Shown here piece after piece: positions 28,046 through 34,958 of a stretch of 35,970 nt of DNA. The notes below the pieces were generated by a model that was not told the origin of the DNA, did not search any database, and worked only from the letters and a program-made list of their open reading frames with translations. This stretch comes from a virus (Duplodnaviria > Caudoviricetes): positions 1-35,970 of IMG/VR virus record IMGVR_UViG_3300027373_000203; one strand, written 5' to 3'. The position numbers were made by a program, and so were the translations under genes. The first letter of the stretch is position 1. Every line of letters starts with the position of its first letter.

Positions 28046-28566
28046 TAAATATCTTTTTTTGAATCAGCGTATTTTTTATTTTGTTCTTCAACTTTATTAG
28101 CACTTCTTATTGTAATATGTGATCTATCAATATTTGCAGCACCTAACCTTTGCATGTATAAAATTGATGATTTGCTATCTTCCATGAAACATTCTTTTTG
28201 ATTGAACGAAGCTCCAAGTTTGTTTCTAACAATACTATCTTCGCATTTAATATATTGATATTTATCCTTTATGATACTAAACACATCTCCAAAATAAATA
28301 GAATCGAAAGAGAAGCTTATATAATCTAATTTATCACCTCTAAATTCTAATGAAACAAATGCATCTTTGCCTGCGATAGTTATTTTTTTATTTCCTGTTT
28401 TGTTATCAGGATAATATGTATTTTTGTTAGTGCCTCTTCCTGTCCCTATATCATAAATCTTTGAAACTTCTTTTTTAGTCATACCTATTTTTAGGCTTTT
28501 TATTTCTAGTTCATCAGAGGCAAAACCAAATATCATTAATACCAAAATCAAAAACAATGATTTCAT
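28045..28566 (-). CDS. Exported protein of unknown function
   Basis: Signal peptide MKSLFLILVLMIFGFA; LKIGMTKKEV motif. Confidence 0.7.
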   Translation of the reverse strand: MKSLFLILVLMIFGFASDELEIKSLKIGMTKKEVSKIYDIGTGRGTNKNTYYPDNKTGNKKITIAGKDAFVSLEFRGDKLDYISFSFDSIYFGDVFSIIKDKYQYIKCEDSIVRNKLGASFNQKECFMEDSKSSILYMQRLGAANIDRSHITIRSANKVEEQNKKYADSKKDI

Positions 28567-28574
28567 AAATACTC

Positions 28575-29204
28575 CTATAAAAATTTAGCCCAATGGCTTT
28601 CACAAACTATTGATATTCCAGTATCTTTTATATCACGATATTCTACTGCTTTCTCAATCTTTCGTCCATAGCTTGAATGTGACCAATCTTTGCTTCCAAT
28701 ATCTCCAATCACAAGATAATCAGTATCTTTTTTGATAGTATCGTGAATAATCCCTCCAAGATCTTTTACGAGCTCTTCAAGGACTTTTCTAGCACCAGTT
28801 GTAAATACTCCAGTAAATACAAATGATGATCCTTCAAATACTATCTTAGGGGCAGGAACACATAAAGGTAAAGTACTACTCATACTTTCAGTATCTTCAC
28901 CTATCACCTCACCACCCGTAAGCTTTTGCATCAAATCAAATAAATCATCTTTTTCGTCTTCACTCAAATAACCATCTGACAACATTTCAGATATTCTTGT
29001 ATAAACAATGTTAAAAGGGTATGAAGAAACTAGATCACAATTTAAGTTAATCCAATTGATTATAAATTCCGCTTCTTTTTGGTTTATTTCACCATCTGCT
29101 ATAATCCCGCGGCAAATTCCTATAAGCTCATCTGCTTTTCTATCGCATACATCTTTAGCCCTGATAGCTCTGGTAATAAGTTGATTTTGTTCATCTGTTT
29201 TCAT
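28575..29204 (-). CDS. TerB-like N-terminal plus BRCT-domain protein
   Basis: GIIADGEINQKEA (TerB-like); FVFTGVF...R..L...V..LGG....I.K.TDYLVIG, YGRKIEKA, E..W (BRCT). Confidence 0.82.
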   Translation of the reverse strand: MKTDEQNQLITRAIRAKDVCDRKADELIGICRGIIADGEINQKEAEFIINWINLNCDLVSSYPFNIVYTRISEMLSDGYLSEDEKDDLFDLMQKLTGGEVIGEDTESMSSTLPLCVPAPKIVFEGSSFVFTGVFTTGARKVLEELVKDLGGIIHDTIKKDTDYLVIGDIGSKDWSHSSYGRKIEKAVEYRDIKDTGISIVCESHWAKFL

Positions 29205-29599
29205 GCTTCATTCTTATATTTTTTTTGGTCAAAAGTGAATATAGTTGTCATGCCAGTTGCACTACATGTAATCATTTTTCCTTCATCACGTAATTCATCG
29301 ATATCCAAATCTTCACCTCTTAGACCTTGAAGCTCTGCAAGATAAACCATTGGACCATGTTTAGGTTTTTTGCTTTTTAGTTCGCGTTCATATCCTCCCT
29401 TAAACCCAAGAGGAGGAAGTTCTCCATTTAAAGCTTTATTTGCTAATTCAGGATTACTAATTGCGAGCTCTCTCCCAAGCTCCCATGCAGTAATAAGCCC
29501 TTTATCTTCTTTATTCCATCTTTCATCAAAATTAGGCTTATTTCTGATATGTTCATTTATTGATCGATATACATAAATTTTTTGAGAAAATAGATTCAT
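29201..29599 (-). CDS. Hypothetical protein coupled to cI
   Basis: 132 aa; start overlaps the cI stop, stop overlaps the BRCT start. Confidence 0.75.
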   Translation of the reverse strand: MNLFSQKIYVYRSINEHIRNKPNFDERWNKEDKGLITAWELGRELAISNPELANKALNGELPPLGFKGGYERELKSKKPKHGPMVYLAELQGLRGEDLDIDELRDEGKMITCSATGMTTIFTFDQKKYKNEA

Positions 29600-30288
29600 T
29601 AAATTATTGTCCTTAGTACCTTTCCAAAAATTCTAAAAACACTTTGATCGTCAGGCTCAACGGTATAACTCTCATAGTCTTTATTTGCAGATACTATTCT
29701 AAGCATCCCATCGCTGTTAACTTGTAGTAATTTTACCATAAGAACATTACGCCAGTTGATGACATACATACCATCACCTTTAAAACATGTACTATCATCA
29801 AACACCACCCAACTATCTGGAAAAACCATTGGTATCATTGAGTATCCATCCACTTGCATAGCGAAAAGCTTGCTTGGTGGTGGTGTTTTAAAGGTGCAAA
29901 TATCAAGAACGAACTCGCCCATCTTTTCAACACTATCTATGCTCTCTATGTTTGAGCCATTTCCTGCGGATACATGTGGGGATAATTTTGTAGCGGTAAT
30001 TAGATTGTTTTGTGGTGAATATGATGGTTTGTCATGCGAAATTGCATTTATGTAAGGTATTGGTTCGTCATCTTTATAATTAAATGGGTTTGTCAGCCAT
30101 TCACTATTTACATTATATTGACTTGCGATATGTGATGCTTTTTGAAAGTTTGGAGAAGTCTCTCCAGCCTCGTAAGATGCGAGTGTTCTTTTGGATATTG
30201 ATAGTCTCTCAATGAACTCATCTTGTGACATTTTCATATCTTCTCTTAACAATTTTATTCTATTTGCAACGAGCATTTTAGAGTCCAT
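29599..30288 (-). CDS. cI: CI-like repressor (XRE HTH plus S24 peptidase)
   Basis: N-terminal HTH; SAG cleavage site, VDGYSM serine motif, VKLL lysine; AAGGA RBS. Confidence 0.93.
   Translation of the reverse strand: MDSKMLVANRIKLLREDMKMSQDEFIERLSISKRTLASYEAGETSPNFQKASHIASQYNVNSEWLTNPFNYKDDEPIPYINAISHDKPSYSPQNNLITATKLSPHVSAGNGSNIESIDSVEKMGEFVLDICTFKTPPPSKLFAMQVDGYSMIPMVFPDSWVVFDDSTCFKGDGMYVINWRNVLMVKLLQVNSDGMLRIVSANKDYESYTVEPDDQSVFRIFGKVLRTII
30034..30047. promoter_or_regulatory. Operator copy inside the cI coding region
   Basis: ATGCGAAATTGCAT, identical to 30302-30315. Confidence 0.6.
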
Positions 30289-30301
30289 GTTTTATCCTTT
30301 T

Positions 30302-30353
30302 ATGCGAAATTGCATTAAAACTCTTGACAAATGATGCGAAATTGCACTATAAT
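30302..30353 (+). promoter_or_regulatory. Lysis/lysogeny switch: two operators and the rightward promoter
   Basis: ATGCGAAATTGCAT (30302-30315) and ATGCGAAATTGCAC (30334-30347); TTGACA 30324-30329, 18-bp spacer, TATAAT 30348-30353. Confidence 0.85.
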
Positions 30354-30422
30354 TCTTTCATGCAAACAAAATCGACAAACAATCGAAAAAAGTTTAATAC
30401 CATACACCAAAAAGGGTTAAAA

Positions 30423-30623
30423 ATGATTGAATTAAATCTTTCAAAAATTCGTGAGGATTATGGATCTCTCGCAGAATTCGCAAGAAAAGAAGATATTCGC
30501 CTTCCTTTAATAGTTGCAATCACGAAAAAGAAAAGCGACCATTTCAAAAGTGGGAGCGATGCCTTCAAAGCCTTCAAAATTATCAAAAGACTTGGATACA
30601 TAAAAGAAAAGGAGATCGCATGA
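30423..30623 (+). CDS. cro: Cro-like protein
   Basis: Divergent from cI; YGSLAEFARKE HTH-like; ATG 30423 preferred because the 30324 track start is the -35 box. Confidence 0.65.
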   Translation: MIELNLSKIREDYGSLAEFARKEDIRLPLIVAITKKKSDHFKSGSDAFKAFKIIKRLGYIKEKEIA

Positions 30624-31282
30624 GCGCATTAGTTATCAACAATATACCAGTTAATTTGGTAGCGAAAGATGGAAAGGTGTTTGCAACGAGTTTAGATGTT
30701 GCTAAGGTTTTTGAAAAAGAACACAGAAGGGTTTTACAAGACATTAGAGAAATGAGTGAAAGAGCACAGCACAATTTCGTGCAGTCCTCATACATAAATT
30801 CTCAAAACAGAGAAATGCCTATGTATGAAATGAATAGAGATGGTTTCACATTTCTTGTAATGGGTTTTACAGGTGAAAAAGCTGAAAACTTCAAGCTTGA
30901 TTTTATTGATGGGTTTAACAAAATGGAAAATGCATTAAGAGAACAACAAAAATCATCACCTCTTCAAATTCTTGAACAAATGTTTCAAGTTGCAAAAGAG
31001 CATGACAACAGATTAGAAGCACTTGAGAAAACTAAACGTCTTGAAGGTTGGCAAGAAAAACGCCTAAAAGATGCAGTCAATCAAAAAGTATTTTCATTAA
31101 GCAATGGTGAAAAAGATTTATCTCCTCTCTATCGTGCTGTTTGGAGATTAGTAAAAAGTAGATTCACGGTACCAAGATACAGCGAGATACCATCTATAGA
31201 ATTTGATCAAGCGATTGACTTCGTAAACAGAATCAGAGTTATTGATCTTATTCAATCATTCGATTATTCAAAATCAGCTTAA
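30620..31282 (+). CDS. Rha-family regulator/antirepressor with ORF6C-like C-terminus
   Basis: TSLDVAKVFEKEHRRVLQDIR, MYEMNRDGFTFLVMGFTGEKA; C-terminal F.VPRYSEIP..EFDQA. Confidence 0.88.
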   Translation: MSALVINNIPVNLVAKDGKVFATSLDVAKVFEKEHRRVLQDIREMSERAQHNFVQSSYINSQNREMPMYEMNRDGFTFLVMGFTGEKAENFKLDFIDGFNKMENALREQQKSSPLQILEQMFQVAKEHDNRLEALEKTKRLEGWQEKRLKDAVNQKVFSLSNGEKDLSPLYRAVWRLVKSRFTVPRYSEIPSIEFDQAIDFVNRIRVIDLIQSFDYSKSA

Positions 31283-31856
31283 CACCTGAACAGAGTCACA
31301 ATGGTGGCTCTAGTTGAGTTGTTAAAACTCATTTTTATAAGTGTCTATGGAAACAAAACCATACAAAAAAAGGCTTTGAGACGTTTAGCGAAGCGTCCTA
31401 CGCGGTGGAACATGAGTTGTTCGGTAAAAAGCCACCTTGAACATAAGAGATTTATAAAGCCTATTTAGTCAGACCGTAGGTTTTATAAAACACACTATGA
31501 ATACAGCGCTGACACTGATCATCGGTCACTAGGCATAACGGGGTGACGGTAGTGTGTTTTAACCTCCCACTGAGAACATGACACATTCAACAACAATATA
31601 TTAAGTAGTGTTTATTTGATGAAAACAATGGTTTTGTGCGTGTTCTGATCGAGGGTTTATTTGATGGCATTAAGCATTCAACAATAGCACATGTTAATTC
31701 GAGAAAAAAAGGTTTTGCACGTGCCATCAAGTTTTTAAATGGTGAGTAGTCAAGTGGTCTGTTCAAGTATGGTACTTTTGAACATTGCTTATAGCAATAA
31801 AAATAAAACCTAAGACGAGAACGTAATGCGTCAGTAATGGGCTACTCACTTTTTAA
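31279..31856 (+). ncRNA. Candidate multi-domain structured RNA (array of about seven abutting stem-closed domains)
   Basis: No ORF of 60 aa or more over ~600 nt; consecutive long-range stems whose G-U pairs fit the + strand (detailed in findings). Confidence 0.55.
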
Positions 31857-31879
31857 GAACTTACACAAAGGAGAAAACA

Positions 31880-32002
31880 ATGCCTAAAGTATTTTGGCTA
31901 AACGCTTATGTAAAAGGCGATGAATGCGAAAAAACTGTTATTTTGAGACATTTGGATAGTCAATATCCAGCCTCAAAGTTAAAAATTGAAAGGAAGATAT
32001 GA
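31880..32002 (+). CDS. Small hypothetical protein (40 aa, not in ORF track)
   Basis: AAGGAG RBS; MPKVFWLNAYVKG...; ATGA overlap with the next gene. Confidence 0.6.
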   Translation: MPKVFWLNAYVKGDECEKTVILRHLDSQYPASKLKIERKI

Positions 32003-32244
32003 TGCCTGATGTTGAGTTGAGCGAAGATCAGTTTTTAGCTGACATTTTCAAAGATGGTTTCGAGGTTGTGATCGATGCTAATGATTTTAAGAAGGTGTTA
32101 CGCCAAAACGTAGAGCTTCACAGAATCGTCAAAGATCAACAGAAAACTATCGAAAATCAAAAAAATGCTAATGAGTTTCTGAGAGATCAGTTAAAAGAAT
32201 TACGAGAGCCTAGGGTTATCGTAAGATTGAATGCGAGGGCGTGA
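31999..32244 (+). CDS. Hypothetical coiled-coil protein
   Basis: 81-aa ORF. Confidence 0.6.
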   Translation: MMPDVELSEDQFLADIFKDGFEVVIDANDFKKVLRQNVELHRIVKDQQKTIENQKNANEFLRDQLKELREPRVIVRLNARA

Positions 32245-32281
32245 GTTTTATTAAATGTTTGCAGACGGATTAATAAAACTC
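32243..32281 (+). other. Intergenic hairpin (processing or regulatory site)
   Basis: GAGTTTTATTAA / TTAATAAAACTC perfect 12-bp stem, no U-tract. Confidence 0.55.
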
Positions 32282-32308
32282 TTCGCCATTATAGCCTAAA
32301 GGTTTAAA

Positions 32309-32503
32309 ATGAGCAAAGAAGATGAATATGATGAGTGTTTAATGATCGTATCTGAAATGTGCGAGCCTATCAAAGAGAAGATTAACGAAATATTCCAGTT
32401 AAGCAAAAAATACAGTATCAATGAAACTACCATATACAAAGAGATGTTCGAGCCTGAGCTATATGGCATGTTTTGCAAGAAACTATATGAGGAAAATAAA
32501 TGA
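32309..32503 (+). CDS. Hypothetical protein
   Basis: 64-aa acidic ORF, AAGG RBS, ATGA coupling. Confidence 0.55.
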   Translation: MSKEDEYDECLMIVSEMCEPIKEKINEIFQLSKKYSINETTIYKEMFEPELYGMFCKKLYEENK

Positions 32504-33285
32504 CAAATGAAGAATATCATTCACGAAGTGAGATCAGTTGCAGCCAAATAAAAACGATACTAAAAAATCCTTATGAATTTTTAGCAAAAGTTAAAAAAGA
32601 GCCTACAAAGAATATGGATTTTGGAAGTTGCGTGCATAAGTTGCTCCTAGAGCCTGACGAGTTTGAAAAAGAGTTTGCGATCATGCCAGAGATTGATAAG
32701 AGAACGAAAGAGGGAAAAGAACTTTATTCACAGTTTATGATACAACACGGAAGCAAAACGCTTTTAAATAGTGAAGATTTTGAAAAAGCAAAATGGTGCG
32801 CTCAAATAGCCAAAGAGATAGCCGGTGCATTTTTCAAAAATGGTGAGGCAGAACAAAGCTATTTTAGTGAACTTTACGGTGTACCTGTGCGATGCAGACC
32901 TGATTATTATATCGAAGATAAAGGCATTATCGTTGATGTAAAAACAACAGCCGATGCATCAAGAGATGGTTTCATAAAATCTATCGCCAATTTTGGGTAT
33001 CACATTCAAACAGCTTTTTACATGGACACGCTTAGAAGCCTTGGAATGAAGGCGGATAAATTCATGTTCGTGGCTATTGAAACAAAAGAGCCTTTTATGA
33101 TTGGACTTTATGAGCTTGACGATGTTTCAATCGAACATGGACGTACACAATACAAAAAAGCTTTAGAGCTTATCAGTAGTGGCAAGATTAACGAGTTCAC
33201 GGCACCGCTTTACAAAGACCAAAACGATTTTACAGTCGTTCAAACACTTACTTTACCAAATTACGTTTATTACCAAGGAGCATAA
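32500..33285 (+). CDS. RecE/exonuclease VIII-like PD-(D/E)XK nuclease (DUF3799 type)
   Basis: MTNEEYH, FGSCVHKLLLEP, RCRPD, DVKTT, YHIQTAFY. Confidence 0.88.
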   Translation: MTNEEYHSRSEISCSQIKTILKNPYEFLAKVKKEPTKNMDFGSCVHKLLLEPDEFEKEFAIMPEIDKRTKEGKELYSQFMIQHGSKTLLNSEDFEKAKWCAQIAKEIAGAFFKNGEAEQSYFSELYGVPVRCRPDYYIEDKGIIVDVKTTADASRDGFIKSIANFGYHIQTAFYMDTLRSLGMKADKFMFVAIETKEPFMIGLYELDDVSIEHGRTQYKKALELISSGKINEFTAPLYKDQNDFTVVQTLTLPNYVYYQGA

Positions 33286-33286
33286 A

Positions 33287-34087
33287 TTGAGCGCTATTAT
33301 TGAAAGAAAAAATCAAATCACCGGAATTATGAATAGCAAAGAGATCACAGATCGTTTAAATTCACTATTCTCAAAAAACGAAGATAAGGCGAGCAAATTC
33401 AAAGCAACACTTCTTAATATTGCACTTGATAATAGTTTGAATACGTGTACTCCTGCATCAATCGTAAAATCAGCATTAATGATCGCTGAACTTGGATTGC
33501 CACTTGCAAAAGGATTAGGGCAGGCATACATCGTGAAGTATAAACAAGATGCAGAAGCACAGATCGGTTATAAAGGGTGGTTGGCACTTGCAGAACGTAA
33601 CGGAAAATCAGTCAAAGCAAAGCCTATTTTTAAATGCGATGAATTTGAATTGATTGATAATGGATTTGATGAGACTGTTGTTTTTAAACCAAACCATGAT
33701 GAGCGTAAAGAGTATCAGCCGCAATGGGTGAAAGATAATCTAAAAGGTGTTTTGGTAGCTGTTAAAGACATCAATACAGGTGTAATTAGTAATGCTTTTG
33801 TAAGTATCGGAAAATTAAACCAAATTGCAGGTGTATCACCATCGGTTAAAAAAGGAGGATATAGCCCTTATACAGATTGGGGATTAGAGATGTTCCAGGG
33901 CAAAGCGATTAAGTATATTTTGTCAAAAACAGCGATGAATGAAGATTTTGGGAGAGCGGTAGAAATTGATAACCAAATGGACATTAAAGCAATTGAAGAT
34001 CATCGAGATAAAAAAGATGACATTGATTTGAACGCCATGTTTGAAGAAGCTGAAATCGTAGAGGTATCTGAAAATGACACAAAATAG
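33287..34087 (+). CDS. recT: RecT-family single-strand annealing protein
   Basis: LGLP...LGQAYIVKY...AEAQIGYKGWLALAER; TTG start after AAGGAG. Confidence 0.88.
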   Translation: MSAIIERKNQITGIMNSKEITDRLNSLFSKNEDKASKFKATLLNIALDNSLNTCTPASIVKSALMIAELGLPLAKGLGQAYIVKYKQDAEAQIGYKGWLALAERNGKSVKAKPIFKCDEFELIDNGFDETVVFKPNHDERKEYQPQWVKDNLKGVLVAVKDINTGVISNAFVSIGKLNQIAGVSPSVKKGGYSPYTDWGLEMFQGKAIKYILSKTAMNEDFGRAVEIDNQMDIKAIEDHRDKKDDIDLNAMFEEAEIVEVSENDTK

Positions 34088-34244
34088 ACCAACAATCAGA
34101 GATTTATAAGACAATGATCTTCTAAAAATTGCCAAAGAAGTTTTTGAAGCATGGGAAGGAGATTTTGAAACTTCTGATATTAGTGAAGATGATATTTTTA
34201 ATGCAATTAAAGACATAAGGAATAGTGATGCTACCAAGGGTTAA
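34074..34244 (+). pseudogene. Short ORF interrupted by an in-frame TAA
   Basis: GAGG RBS; MTQNRPTIRDL*DNDLLKIAKEVFEAWEG...; stop at 34107-34109. Confidence 0.45.
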
Positions 34245-34656
34245 TTTAATAGGCAGACTTACAAGAGGTCCTGAAATAAAATATCTTCCAAGTGGAACAT
34301 GTGTATCTAGCTTTGGGGTAGCTTCAAGCGAGAAACAAAAAGACAAAGAAATTGTTTGTTTTATAGATTGCGTTGTCTTTGGTGGGTTAGCAGAAAAAGT
34401 CGTACAACCATATCTTAAAAAAGGTAGTCAAATCTATGTTGAAGGTCGTTTAAAACTCGATCAATGGACTGACCAGCAAGGTGTAAAGCGCTCAAAGCAC
34501 TCTATCACCGTTGAAACATTACAGATGATGGATAGCAGACAAGACAGCGCAAATGAACAGCAACAGTCAAGACCAAACGTATCAGTTCGTACACCTGATG
34601 GAAAAATCCATGATATACCTGATATTGACATTAATGACGATGAAATACCATTTTGA
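34228..34656 (+). CDS. ssb: Single-stranded DNA-binding protein
   Basis: VNLIGRLTR.PEIKY, YLKKGSQIYVEGRL, acidic DDEIPF tail. Confidence 0.95.
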   Translation: MLPRVNLIGRLTRGPEIKYLPSGTCVSSFGVASSEKQKDKEIVCFIDCVVFGGLAEKVVQPYLKKGSQIYVEGRLKLDQWTDQQGVKRSKHSITVETLQMMDSRQDSANEQQQSRPNVSVRTPDGKIHDIPDIDINDDEIPF

Positions 34657-34664
34657 GGTGAAAG

Positions 34665-34958
34665 ATGAGCGAAAACGAGATACAAGAACAAGCGAAACAA
34701 ACCGCTAAGTATCTCGTTGCTTTCATGGGTGTTGAATTAAAGAGAATTATGTACCCTACAGAAGTTAAAGGAGATGCCTTAGCAGGTCAAATTCTTGGAG
34801 TTTCAGCAGACACAATGAAGCAGCGTAGGAACAGAGGTTTTTATCGTGACAAATATCACTATTACAAAAAATCTGATAAAATTGTGATGTGGTATAGAGA
34901 TGCCTTGTTAGAAGAATGGAGCTACCAAAATGGAAGTAAAGCTTTACTCTCGTCCTAA
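34665..34958 (+). CDS. Putative excisionase/HTH DNA-binding protein
   Basis: AGQILGVSADTMKQRR HTH; overlaps the integrase start. Confidence 0.6.
   Translation: MSENEIQEQAKQTAKYLVAFMGVELKRIMYPTEVKGDALAGQILGVSADTMKQRRNRGFYRDKYHYYKKSDKIVMWYRDALLEEWSYQNGSKALLSS

Noticed and set aside
28575-29204. NAD-dependent DNA ligase
   Set aside because: Only a BRCT domain is shared; no adenylation or OB domain, and only 209 aa.
27837-30055. Plus-strand track ORFs opposite the cI operon
   Set aside because: Antisense shadows of the SNase, BRCT, 132-aa and cI genes.
30324-30422. N-terminal extension of Cro from TTG 30324
   Set aside because: That TTG is the -35 box; the RBS supports ATG 30423.
31500-31550. 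Hammerhead ribozyme (CTGATCA)
   Set aside because: Does not match CUGANGA and lacks the GAAA core in the required arrangement.
31741-31850. tRNA gene (5' end GGTGAGTAGTCAAGTGGT resembles tRNA-Ser)
   Set aside because: No GTTCRA T-loop in the right position, no CCA end, and an 11-bp closing stem.
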